Positions 38,646 through 48,873 of a stretch of 64,000 bases of DNA are shown here, piece by piece; the stretch's first letter is position 1; each line of letters begins with the position of its first letter. The position numbers were made by a program, and so were the translations under genes. This DNA is from an uncultured Acidobacteriota bacterium (GTDB lineage: Bacteria > Acidobacteriota > UBA6911). The stretch is taken from contig CAWJKZ010000011.1 in assembly GCA_963843575.1 (NCBI GenBank), positions 64,001-128,000 of the forward strand, given 5' to 3'. The notes under the pieces are model-generated. The model was given only the letters and a program-made list of their open reading frames with translations, was not told the DNA's origin and did not search any database.

Positions 38646-39530
38646 ATGCCGGTCCGAGTGGGTTTCGTCGGTTGCGGTGAGGTCGCCTCGATCTTTTCCG
38701 CGGCCATGCTCGAGCGCGGCGCGGATGTTGCCGCGTACGATGTCGTCCGGGAGAAGGCCGCGGGGGCCGGGCTGGCTTTCAAGCCGTTGCCCGAGCTGGT
38801 CGAGTGGTCGGACTACCTGCTGTCGACCGTCACAACCTCGTCGGCCGCGGCCGTCGCCGCAGCCTGCACGCCTAATCTGAAGGTGGGGCAGTTCTATGTC
38901 GACCTCAACTCGACCTCGCCTTCGCTCAAAATCCGCCTGAGTGAGGTCGTCCGGCCGAGCGGGGCGCGGTTCGTGGAGGGCGCCATCCTGGGAGCGGTCG
39001 GGGTCACGCGCGCGGGCACCCCCATTCTGCTCGGTGGGACCGCGGCTGAGGAAGCGGCTGCGGCACTCGCCGCGCTCGGACTGCGCGTTTCCGCCTATAG
39101 CGCGGAGATCGGCAAGGCGTCGACGTTCAAGATGCTGCGCAGCATCTTCTCCAAGGGACTGGAGGCCCTGATCCTCGAATTGCTCATCGCCGGCCGCCGG
39201 GCGGGGATCGAAGCGGACCTGTGGAGGGATGTCTCGGAGTTCATGGCGCGCAACCCTTTTGAGCGCGTCGCCGATAACTGGCTGCAGACGCACGCCGTCG
39301 CCTTCGAGCGGCGCTACCACGAAATGGTGCAGGTGCGGGAGACCATGGGCGAGATCGGGCTGGAACCGATCATGACCCGGGCGACGGAGGCGTTCTTCGC
39401 GCGTTCGTGCACGCTCGGCCTGACCGATGCCTTCCCTTCGAAGCCGTCCTCCATGGACCAGGTGGTCGCCTATCTGGAGCGGCGCCTCGGTCCCGAGCCG
39501 CCGAAGAGCCGGGAAGGGCAGGCCGATTGA
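38646..39530 (+). CDS. NAD(P)-dependent oxidoreductase, 6PGD/beta-hydroxyacid dehydrogenase family (DUF1932-like C-terminus)
   Basis: GFVGCGEVA Rossmann motif, VDLNSTSP, ASTFKMLRS, RRYHEM. Confidence 0.8.
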   Translation: MPVRVGFVGCGEVASIFSAAMLERGADVAAYDVVREKAAGAGLAFKPLPELVEWSDYLLSTVTTSSAAAVAAACTPNLKVGQFYVDLNSTSPSLKIRLSEVVRPSGARFVEGAILGAVGVTRAGTPILLGGTAAEEAAAALAALGLRVSAYSAEIGKASTFKMLRSIFSKGLEALILELLIAGRRAGIEADLWRDVSEFMARNPFERVADNWLQTHAVAFERRYHEMVQVRETMGEIGLEPIMTRATEAFFARSCTLGLTDAFPSKPSSMDQVVAYLERRLGPEPPKSREGQAD

Positions 39531-40879
39531 TGCTCCCGCTTTTCGAGAGGCTTAAACCGGCGCCCGCCGCCGCACCGCTCACCGATGCCCGGGAAATCGA
39601 CGACACCTACCGGCGCTGGCGTTCCAGGACCCTCTGGGGCTGCTTTTTCGGCTACACGGTATTCTATTTCTGCAGGCGCAACATTCCGCTTGCCCTCCCG
39701 AAGATGGCTGCCGAGATGGGATTGAGCAAAGCGCGCCTCGGCATGATCGAATCGGCCGGCCACATCGCCTACGGAACCGGCAAGTTTGCCAACGGGGTGT
39801 TAGCCGACCGGACCAATCCCCGATACTTCATGGCGCTGGGCCTGTTTCTTACGGCGCTGACCAACATCCTGTTCGGGTTGAACTCCTCGCTGCTGGTCCT
39901 CACACTGGTCTGGGGCCTGAACGGCTGGTTTCAAAGCATGGGATTTCCGCCGGGCGCGCGGCTGCTGAGCCACTGGTTTTCCCCCGCCGAGCACGGCTGG
40001 ATCTGGGCCATCTACGGCTGTTCGCACCAGGTCGGAACCGCGCTCATCAGCGTCGCGGCCGGCTATCTGGTCGGGTCCGGGTGGCGACTGACATTCCACG
40101 TCCCGGCCGTTGCGGCGCTGCTCGGCTCGGTTTATCTTTATCGCCGGCTGCGCGACATCCCGGCGTCGATGGGACTGCCGCCGGTGGAGCTCTACCGCGG
40201 GGACTTCGTCGACCGCAAGAGCGTCGAGGCGCTCGAGCAGCCTCTCACGGCAAGGGAAACCCTCCTCGGCTACGTCCTGAACGACCCCCACATCTGGTTT
40301 GTCGCCCTCGGCAACTTCTTTCTGTACATCGCGCGCTATGGCGTCAACACCTGGCTCCCCATGTTTCTCCAGGAGGACCGGGGCATGTCGATGGCGACTG
40401 CGGGCTGGATGTCGGCCGTTTTCGAGGCCGGCGGGGTCCTCGGGATGTTGAGCGCCGGGTGGGTCTCCGACAGGTTCTTCGGTGCGCGACGCGGTCCCGT
40501 CATGGGCATCTTCATGGCCGGGCTGTCCCTGGCCATGCTGGGGTTCTGGCGCGCGGACTCGGTCGCAGCGTATGTGCTGGCGCTTGCCGGGAGCGGGTTC
40601 CTCGTGTATGGGCCCCTGATGCTGGTCAGCGTGGCCGCCGCCGGCTTTGCCGGCAAGAAAGCCGCCGCCAGCGCGGCCGGCTTGTGCGGCTTCTGGGGGT
40701 ACATGGGTGCGACCGTTTCGGGCGCGGGCGTGGGGAAGCTCGTCGACGTGGCCGGGTGGAACGCAGGCTTTGCCTTCCTCATCGGCTCCTCGGTGCTGAG
40801 CTCGTTCTTCTTCGCGCTGACCTGGAACGTGAAGCCGCGCGCGATGCAGGCGTCCGCCGGCAAAGCCGCCGGCGCGTGA
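39530..40879 (+). CDS. MFS organophosphate:phosphate antiporter (GlpT/UhpC/PgtP family)
   Basis: TGATG coupling; GYTVFYFCRRN, YGTGKF, LNGWFQSMGFPP, HWFS, AGWVSDRFF, FLVYGP. Confidence 0.88.
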   Translation: MLPLFERLKPAPAAAPLTDAREIDDTYRRWRSRTLWGCFFGYTVFYFCRRNIPLALPKMAAEMGLSKARLGMIESAGHIAYGTGKFANGVLADRTNPRYFMALGLFLTALTNILFGLNSSLLVLTLVWGLNGWFQSMGFPPGARLLSHWFSPAEHGWIWAIYGCSHQVGTALISVAAGYLVGSGWRLTFHVPAVAALLGSVYLYRRLRDIPASMGLPPVELYRGDFVDRKSVEALEQPLTARETLLGYVLNDPHIWFVALGNFFLYIARYGVNTWLPMFLQEDRGMSMATAGWMSAVFEAGGVLGMLSAGWVSDRFFGARRGPVMGIFMAGLSLAMLGFWRADSVAAYVLALAGSGFLVYGPLMLVSVAAAGFAGKKAAASAAGLCGFWGYMGATVSGAGVGKLVDVAGWNAGFAFLIGSSVLSSFFFALTWNVKPRAMQASAGKAAGA

Positions 40880-40904
40880 CGCTTGCCCGATGTCTCCGAC
40901 TCGA

Positions 40905-41017
40905 GTGGGTCCGGGCGGTCCGGGCTTCAGCCCGGACGCTGTTTGCGGTCGCCATAACGCGCGCGTCGTCACATAGATCAGATCAAAAGACGTCCGGGCT
41001 GAAGCCCGGACCCACTT
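40905..41017. repeat. REP family B REPIN-like unit
   Basis: gtgggtccgggc(ggtccgggc)ttcagcccggac-spacer-gtccgggctgaagcccggacccactt. Confidence 0.9.
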
Positions 41018-41070
41018 GTGTTTTTTGGCCTATGATGCCGAAGTAAAACGAGCGTCGCGGGACAATCGCC

Positions 41071-41079
41071 TGATATAAT
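41071..41079 (+). promoter_or_regulatory. Extended -10 promoter element
   Basis: TG-a-TATAAT 32 bp upstream of the 41112 start. Confidence 0.55.
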
Positions 41080-41111
41080 CGGGCCGATTCGCCCGTTGCT
41101 GGAGGTCGGGA

Positions 41112-42270
41112 GTGAAGTACGTGGTTACTGCGTTTCGCCCCGCGCTCATGGTTGTGGGGATCTTGCTTGCGGGGATGTCCGGCGATTCGCAGGCCTGCAA
41201 CGTGCCGGCCTTCCGTTATGCGCTCGAACGGTGGCCTGCCGACCCCTATCAGATACTGGTTTACTGTCAGACCGCGCCGCAGGGCGAAGCGTTCGACCTG
41301 CTGCGGAAGGGCGCGGCCGGACGTGGCGGCGCCAACTATTCCCTGAGACCGGTCGACGTTACCACACCCGAGGGAAAGGCGCTCGCGCAGGAGCGCGGTA
41401 TCGTCGCCTACCCGTGGGTCGAAGTCTTCTACCCAGTACATTTCCACGTTCGCGCTCCAATCTGGTCAGGCCCCCTCACCCCCGACCGTGTCACGCACAT
41501 CCTGGCTTCGCCCCGGCGGTCAGAGGTGGCCCGGAATCTGTTGGGTGGAGACGTCGCGGTCTGGGTCCTGATAAAAAGCGGCAGTGAACGGGAGGACGAG
41601 CGGGCGCTGCTGACCCTCAAGGCCAGCCTGGAACGTGCTTCGGCGACGCTCCGTATGCCTGAAATCGGCACGGACCTGAACGGCAACCCGGTCGAAGTCA
41701 CGGATTTCAAGACCTACCCCGTGCGCTTCAGCCTGTTGACCGCAGCGCGCAACGACCCTGAAGAAGAGCTGCTGGTCAGCGCTCTGCTGAAATCGGAGCC
41801 CGACCTGGAACAGGCTGACGGGCCGGTGGCCTTCCCCGTTTTCGGCCGTGGTCGCGCCCTTTATGCGCTTGTCAGCGGCGGTATCCAGGAGAAAAACATC
41901 CTCGAGGCGTGCCAGTCGATGCTCGACTGGTGTTCATGCGAGATCAAGGCGCAGAACCCGGGGACCGACCTGCTGATTGCGGCGGACTGGTCCAGACCGT
42001 CCGGCGGGAAGATGGTCAAGGACCCGGAGTTGCCCCTGGCCGGGCTGAGTGGATTTCGCCCAGATCAAAAGGTAGCGGAAGCCGTGGCGGCCGTCGACAA
42101 GCCCGACCCCGCCGAACCGCGGGTGGCGGTGCGCCCCGATCGACACCGCGGCGCCGGCGCCGGCTCCACGCAGGAGCCCGCTCGTGCGCAACGTGCTGTA
42201 CCTGGCCGGCGCCGCCGGCCTGGTGCTGGTGGCCCTCTCGGTGGTCGTGACCGTGAAGTCGAAGAGATGA
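41112..42270 (+). CDS. Exported Cys-motif protein with C-terminal membrane anchor (frameshift at ~42135)
   Basis: Signal peptide ending SQA-CNVPAFRYALERW; FPVFGRGRAL; WCSCEIKAQNPG; the shifted frame gives ...VRNVLYLAGAAGLVLVALSVVVTVKSKR*. Confidence 0.7.
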
Positions 42271-42345
42271 ACCTGCGTCCATCTTCGAGGTTCTTTCAGC
42301 TCTTCGCGCCTTCGAGGTCGATTCTCTGTAGCCTGGTGACCTGAC

Positions 42346-43608
42346 GTGAGCATCTGGCAATTGGCGACCAAGGAGATCCTCCGCAGGAAGGCGAACTTCG
42401 CCTCCGGCCTGATCGCCGTTACGTTGGCCGTTGCCGTCCTGGCCGGGGCGATGACGATGCTCCGGCTCCACGACCTGCGCACCGAACGCATCGTGGCCCA
42501 GAAGGAGCAGGAGACCCGGCAGCGCATGGCGCTGCTCGAAGACGACTACCGGAAGATCATGAAGAACCTGGGCTTCAACCTGCTGATCCTCCCGAGCACG
42601 CAGAAGTTGTCCGACTTCTATGCGGACGACGCTCTCTCCTCCTACATGCCGGACACCTACGCGACGCGGTTGGCCGAGGCGAAAATAGTGACGATTCGCC
42701 ACCTGCTGCCGAGCCTGCAGGAGAAGGTCAGGTGGCCCGAAAGGAAACGCGCCATCATTCTCATCGGAACGCGCGGCGAAGTCCCGTCCATGTTCCGCGA
42801 CGCGCGCGAGCCGATCCTGGTCGCGGTCCCCAAGGGGAGCGCCGTCGTCGGGCACGAACTTGCCGAGAGCTGCGGCCTCAAGGCCGGCGACCGCATCGCC
42901 TTGTTCGGCCGGACGTTCACGGTCAGCCAGTGCAACGAGGAACGCGGCTCCAGCGACGACATCTCCATTTGGATCGACCTGGCGCAGGCGCAGGAGATAT
43001 TGAACAAACCCGGGAAGATCAACGCCATCCTGGCCCTGAAGTGCATCTGCGCCGGGAACGAGCTGGCGCTGGTCCGGCGGGATGTGGCCGCGGTGTTGCC
43101 GGGCGTCCAGGTGATCGAGCAAGGCTCCAAGGTCCTGACCCGCGCCGAGGCCAGGGACCGCGCCGCACGCGAGGCTGCCGACGCCCTCGCGGCCGAGGTG
43201 CGCAATCGCCGTCAGCTCCGCGAGGAGCAGGAGAAACTCTCTTCGATCCTCGTGCCGCTGGTGCTGCTGGTCAGCGCGCTCTGGATCGGCCTGGTCTTCT
43301 ACACGAATGTCCGGGAGCGCCGCAGCGAGATCGGCATTCTGCGGGCCCTTGGCGCCCGGGCAGGCACGATACTCCGATTGTTCCTGACCAAAGCCCTGCT
43401 GATGGGCATCGCCGGCGGCGTCGTGGGTTACGCCCTCGGGACCCTGGCCGGCCTGAGCCGCCAGGCGGAATTCAGATCCGCATTCTTGCAGGCGCCCGTG
43501 TTCTTCCTGGCTACTTGCACCGCGATAGCCCTCTCCCTGGCCGCCAGCTGGGTCCCGGCGTATTACGCCGCGCAGCGGGATCCGGCTGAAGTCTTGAGGG
43601 AGGAGTAA
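42346..43608 (+). CDS. ABC transporter permease, MacB/FtsX family
   Basis: NVRERRSEIGILRALGA, PAYYAAQRDPAEVLREE. Confidence 0.88.
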   Translation: MSIWQLATKEILRRKANFASGLIAVTLAVAVLAGAMTMLRLHDLRTERIVAQKEQETRQRMALLEDDYRKIMKNLGFNLLILPSTQKLSDFYADDALSSYMPDTYATRLAEAKIVTIRHLLPSLQEKVRWPERKRAIILIGTRGEVPSMFRDAREPILVAVPKGSAVVGHELAESCGLKAGDRIALFGRTFTVSQCNEERGSSDDISIWIDLAQAQEILNKPGKINAILALKCICAGNELALVRRDVAAVLPGVQVIEQGSKVLTRAEARDRAAREAADALAAEVRNRRQLREEQEKLSSILVPLVLLVSALWIGLVFYTNVRERRSEIGILRALGARAGTILRLFLTKALLMGIAGGVVGYALGTLAGLSRQAEFRSAFLQAPVFFLATCTAIALSLAASWVPAYYAAQRDPAEVLREE

Positions 43609-43613
43609 CCGGG

Positions 43614-44279
43614 ATGCTCCTGCTCGAGAAGGTTGCCAAGATTTATTTCAAAGGAGACTCGCAGATCACGGCGCTGGCGGAGCTCGACCTGAGGGTCCGT
43701 CCGGCCGAGTTCGTCGCGCTGCAGGGGCCCAGCGGGAGCGGCAAGACCACCTGCCTCCTGGTCGCGGGCGGGCTGCTGCGCCCGGACCGGGGGAGGGCGC
43801 TCGTCGACGGCTGCGACCTCTATGCCATGACGCGCAACCGTCTCGCCGCCTTCCGCTCGCAGAACATCGGGTTTGTCTTTCAGCAGTACCACCTCATCCC
43901 ATATCTGACCGTGCTGGAGAACATCCTCGCTCCCGAAGCCGCGGGCGGACGGAGCGTCGACGTCGGCCGCGGCCGCGAGCTCGCAGGGCGGTTCGGCCTC
44001 GAGCACCGGCTCGATCACACGCCGGCCGAGCTGAGCTCCGGCGAGAAGCAGCGCACGGCGTTGGCCCGGGCGCTGCTGTTTCAACCCAGGCTCCTGCTGG
44101 CAGACGAAATCACCGGGAACCTGGATCAGGCGAATGCCCAAATCGTCCTCGGTTACCTGACGGACTACGTCAAGTCCGGAGGTTCGGTCCTGCTGGTGAC
44201 GCACGACCGCGAAATCGCGAGGCAGGCTCACCGCGCCGAGTATCTGGCTGACTCCGCAGGATTGGAGGTTCCGCGGTGA
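43614..44279 (+). CDS. ABC transporter ATP-binding protein, LolD/MacB-like
   Basis: GPSGSGKTT, GFVFQQYHL, LSSGEKQR, LLADEITGNLD, VTHD. Confidence 0.92.
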   Translation: MLLLEKVAKIYFKGDSQITALAELDLRVRPAEFVALQGPSGSGKTTCLLVAGGLLRPDRGRALVDGCDLYAMTRNRLAAFRSQNIGFVFQQYHLIPYLTVLENILAPEAAGGRSVDVGRGRELAGRFGLEHRLDHTPAELSSGEKQRTALARALLFQPRLLLADEITGNLDQANAQIVLGYLTDYVKSGGSVLLVTHDREIARQAHRAEYLADSAGLEVPR

Positions 44280-47200
44280 AAGAGTTGGTTGCGCGCGTCG
44301 CGCTCGGATTCCTGTTGATCGCAGGCCTGCTGCTGCCTTCGGCCCTGGCCGGTGATTGGCCGATGTGGCGCCACGACGCCGGGCGGACGGCTGCGGCCCC
44401 GGAGGAACTGCCGGCGCAGCTCCATCCGCAATGGGTGCGCCAGTATTCCCCGCGGGAACCGGTCTGGGACGATCCCTTGAATCAGGACCTGATGCCCCTC
44501 GACGGCGTGTTCGAGCCGATCGTGCTGGGCGACACGTTGTATGTCGGATTCAACGACCGCGACAAAGTGGTGGCCCTGGACACCCGAACCGGGGTGGAGA
44601 AGTGGTCCTTTTTCGCCGACGGGCCGGTTCGCCTGCCGCTGGCCGGCCGGGCCGGCCGGCTCTATTTCACCAGCGACGACGGTTATCTCTACTGCCTCTC
44701 CGCAGACACCGGAACCTTGCGGTGGAAATTCCGGGGCGGCCCCGCAGACCGGAAGATCCTGGGCAACAAGCGCCTGATTTCCACCTGGCCGGCACGGGGC
44801 GGGGTGGTCGTCTACGGCAACGTCGTGTATTTCGCCGCCAGCATCTGGCCGTTCATGGGAACGTTCATCTACGCCCTGGACGCCGAGACCGGCCGCGTCA
44901 TCTGGCGCAACGAAGGCACCGGCGCGGATTACCAGAACCAGCCGCACAACTCCCCCGCATTTGCCGGGATCGCGCCCCAGGGCGCGCTCGTGGCCCTGGC
45001 CAACCGCCTGCTCGATACCGGGCGGACGGTCCGTGCCGGCTTGCTTCGACCGCCGCACGGGGAAGCTCCTGTACTATCACCTGGCCGAGTACAACAAGAC
45101 CGGCGGCGCGTTCGTCGCCGCCGACGAGGCCCGCTTCTTCAATCACTACAGGGATCGCGACACGGACCTGTACGACGTGCTCAACGGCAAGGTCGTGGCG
45201 CGGAAGGTCGGCAGATACCCGGTCCTGTCCAGGTACGCCTACTACATGTCCGGCGACTCGATCACCGTGCGCGACGCCCGGCAGCCCAAGGCCGCGCAAT
45301 TCGCGCTGAAACTGGATGCGACGGGCGACCTCATCCGCTCCGGGTCCCGCTTGTACGCCGGCGGCGAAGGCCAGATCGCCGCCGTGGACATCGTGTGGAA
45401 CGGCAAACTCCGCAAACGCAGTCTGAAAACCGCGTGGGTGCAAAAGGTGGAGGGCAAGGTCGGGCGGTTGGTGGCGGCCAACGGCATGCTCTTCGCCGTC
45501 ACGCTCGACGGCAAGCTGATCGCCTTCGGGAAGGAAGACGTTTCCGGTCCGGACCCACCTGGAGAAGGCCGCGGCCCCGGAAATCACGCCGGACGAAGCG
45601 CGAACAGGCCCGCGCCATCCTCGACCACACGGGGGCGAAGGACGGGTACGCCCTGCTCTACGGTGTCGGGAACGGGGATTTGCTCGCCGCCCTGGCCGCA
45701 GCGTCGGACCTGCACATCGTGGCGGTGGAGCCAGGAGCAACGGCGGTGGCCGATCTGCGCCGCCGCTTCGACGCCCTTGGCCTGCTGGGAAAGCGTGTCC
45801 ACCTGCTCGAAGGAACTCCCGACACGTTCGAGGCGCCCCCCTACTTCGCCTCGCTGATCGTGCTCGCCTCCGGAGGCGAGCGCTTGCCCAGCGACGAGTC
45901 CCTGCGGAAAATGGTGAGGTCTGCGAGACCTTACGGGGGAAAATCTGGCTGCCGTCGGGCGCCGGGCAGCAGGCCAGCCTCGCCCGGCTGCTCGGGAAGT
46001 CCGATGGTGCGACGCTCTCCGTCCGGTCATTCGCGCGCGGTGCGGTGTTGAGCAAGGACGGGCCGCTCCCCGGAGGCGCCGCCAACTGGACGCACCAGTA
46101 CGGCAACGTCGCCAACACGGTGAAATCGGACGACGGCCTGGTCAAACTGCCGCTGGGGGTGCTGTGGTTCGGGGGCGTTTCCAACCTCGACGTCCTGCCG
46201 CGCCACGGACACGGCCCGCCGGAACAGATCGTCGACGGCCGCCTGATCATCGAAGGCATCGACTCCATCAGCGCCCGCGACGTCTATACCGGCAGGGTGC
46301 TGTGGAAAACCCCCTTGGACAAGGCCGACACGTTCGGCCAGTATTACGACGAGACCTACCAGCAGGACATCCCGCTGACCGTTATCACCAATCAGCGGCA
46401 CATCCCGGGCGCAAATGCCCGCGGGACGAATTTCGTCGCGACCTCCGACCGTGTCTACGTCGTGCAGGGGAATCGCTGCTATGCCCTTGATCTCACGACG
46501 GGCGAGACGAAGAGCGTCTTCTCCCTCCCCGCCGAAAACGGCGCAGAGCCGGCCCGCTGGGGATACGTCGGCGTTTCCGGCGACAGTCTGATCGCGGGGA
46601 GCGACTTCGTTCCGTTCTCGAGCTCATCCCAGAGCGCGGCGAGCCCCGGGGAAACTGCGGCCCTGACCGAACGGGAACGAGCCAGGCTCAAGGTGTCCCC
46701 CGTGTTCGACCTCACGGCCAGCAAGTCGCTGGTGGTCATGGACCGCCACGACGGCTCGGTCAAATGGAAGATAGACGCGCGCCACGGCTTCATCCACAAT
46801 GCCATCACCGCGAGCGACCGGGTGGTGTTCTGCCTCGACAAACTGCCGCCCTCGCTCGAGAAGAGGTTGCGGCGCCGCGGCCTCGAGCCGCCCACCGACT
46901 ATCGCCTGCTGGCCCTGGACCTGGAGACGGGGCGGGTCCTGTGGGAACGGAATACGGGTGTCTTCGGCAGCTGGCTGAGCTACTCGCTGGAGCACGACCG
47001 GCTACTGCAGGCGACCCGGCCCTCCAGCGACATGATCGCGGACGAGACGGGCGAACGCATGGCGGTCTACGCCGCGTCGACCGGAACACTCGTGTGGGAC
47101 AGGCCGATCAAGTACGGCAACCCTCCTATCCTGTACCGGGACGAGATCATCACCGACCGTGCGGCCTACATGCTGGCCACCGGCGAACGGAAGCTTCGGG

Positions 47201-48042
47201 TGGATCCGGTGACGGGCGAAGAGATGCTCTGGAGCTATTCGCGCGCCTATGGCTGCAACTACAACATCGCCAGCGAACACCTGCTGTCTTTCCGGTCCGC
47301 TGCCGCCGGGTTCTATGACCTGTTCTCGGATGGCGGCACCGGGAACCTGGGCGGCTTCAAGTCGGGGTGCACCTCCAACCTCATCGCCGCCGGCGGCGTG
47401 CTGAATGCGCCCGATTACACCCGGACGTGCCAGTGCTCCTATCAGAACCAGACGTCCCTGGCGTTCATCCACATGCCCGAGCTGGAGTACTGGACGACGA
47501 ACGACTTCGTGTGGAACGCCAAGCGAGTCGGGAGGCTGGGCATCAACCTCAACGCGCCCGGCGACCGGGTCGCGTCTGACGGCACCCTCTGGCTGGACTT
47601 TCCCAGCGTGGGCGGGAAATCTCCCGACCTCCCCATCGTGTTCGATCCGGCGAAGACGCGCCCGATCCGCAGGCATGCCCTCACCCTGAAGCCGAACGGG
47701 TACGAGTGGGTGGCCGCCTCCGGGCTATCCGGACCGCTCAAACTGAAAATCACCCTGTCCGGCGAACCGTCGGACAAGGCGACTTACACCGTCAAACTGC
47801 ACTTCGCCGAGCTGGAGAACAAGAAGCCCGGCGAACGCGTCTTCAACGTCAGGCTTCAGGATAGCGAGGTCCTGCACGGATTCGATATCGCGAAGGAAGC
47901 GGGCGGGGTCGACACCCCGGTGGTCCGGACCTTCGAAAAAATCGCGGTGAAGGACGCCCTCACCGTCGAGTGCCTTCCCACCACGGCCGGGACCGGGGCC
48001 CCGCCGCTGCTGAGCGGCATCGAGGTCATCCTGGAAGAGTAG
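44276..48042 (+). CDS. Large PQQ-type beta-propeller protein with a methyltransferase-like insert and a C-terminal malectin-like domain (about 3 frameshifts)
   Basis: DWPMWRHDAGR; repeated ALDxxTGxxxW blades; GYALLYGVGNG; WTHQYGN; YTRTCQCSY; YTVKLHFAE...GERVFNV; pieces 44276, 44961 and 46045 join across indels at ~45018, ~45560, ~45940. Confidence 0.75.
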
Positions 48043-48068
48043 CGCTCGAGGCTGATTTCTTGAATCCC

Positions 48069-48629
48069 ATGGCCAAAGATCTCCTCCAGCTCGAGGCCGG
48101 CAGCCGCCGGCAGTGGCGGACGTGGCTGGGGAAGCACCACGCGTCGAGCCCGGGCGTCTGGCTGGTGTTCCACAAGGGGCACACGGGCGTGAAATCGATC
48201 GCGTACGAGGACTCGGTGCGCGAGGCGCTCTGCTTCGGCTGGGTCGACAGCCTGGTCAAGCGCCTCGACGACGAGCGCTACGCCCGCAAGTTCACGCCGC
48301 GCAAGCCCACGAGCAAGTGGTCGGACAGCAATCGGCGGCGCTGGCTGGAACTCGAAACGGCCGGCCTGCTCACCCCGGCCGGTCTTGCGGTGGCGCCGAC
48401 GGACAAAGGCTACGCGCCGCCGCCAGCCATCCCTGAACTGCCCGCTTACATCGCCCGGGCCTTGCGGGCGAACCCGAAAGCGTGGACCTTCTTCCGGGAG
48501 CTGGCGCCGACGTACCGGCGTCACTTCGTGGGTTGGATTCATTCGGCCAAACGAAGCGAAACGCGTGAGAAACGCACGCGTGAAGCGGTCGCGCTGCTGG
48601 AGGCGGGGAAGAAGCTGGGCCTGAAGTGA
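48069..48629 (+). CDS. YdeI/OmpD-associated (bacteriocin-protection) family protein
   Basis: WRTWLGKHH, EALCFGWVDS, FTPRKPTSKWS, SAKRSETREKR. Confidence 0.9.
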   Translation: MAKDLLQLEAGSRRQWRTWLGKHHASSPGVWLVFHKGHTGVKSIAYEDSVREALCFGWVDSLVKRLDDERYARKFTPRKPTSKWSDSNRRRWLELETAGLLTPAGLAVAPTDKGYAPPPAIPELPAYIARALRANPKAWTFFRELAPTYRRHFVGWIHSAKRSETREKRTREAVALLEAGKKLGLK

Positions 48630-48673
48630 CCGGATAGAGAGCCGCGCGTTTCTTGAAGTGATGGTACTGATAT

Positions 48674-48862
48674 TGACAAATACGCCAACGTATTTGTCAG
48701 GACGCGGATGCGCGCGGATCCCCACAGATCGACCTGGCGACAGGCGGCGGTCGATCCGCGTGAATCCGTTGGATCCGCGGAATCTGCGTTCTGTTCTTGC
48801 TTTTGTCTTTCATCGCCCGGGTTGTTCTGCGTCCTGAAAAAATGCGTCAGCCCGGACCCACT
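48674..48862. repeat. Repeat family C copy (reverse orientation) with a flanking hairpin and a half REP-B
   Basis: tgacaaatacg-ccaa-cgtatttgtca hairpin; caggacgcggatgcgcgcggat...gacctggcgacaggc...atccgcgtgaatccgttggatccgcggaatctgcgttctg; cagcccggacccact at 48848. Confidence 0.8.
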
Positions 48863-48873
48863 ACAATGGGGCG

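Noticed and set aside
44276-48042. Programmed frameshifting or three separate propeller genes
   Set aside because: No consistent slippery sites, and the same indel pattern occurs in many unrelated genes, so sequencing error is simpler.
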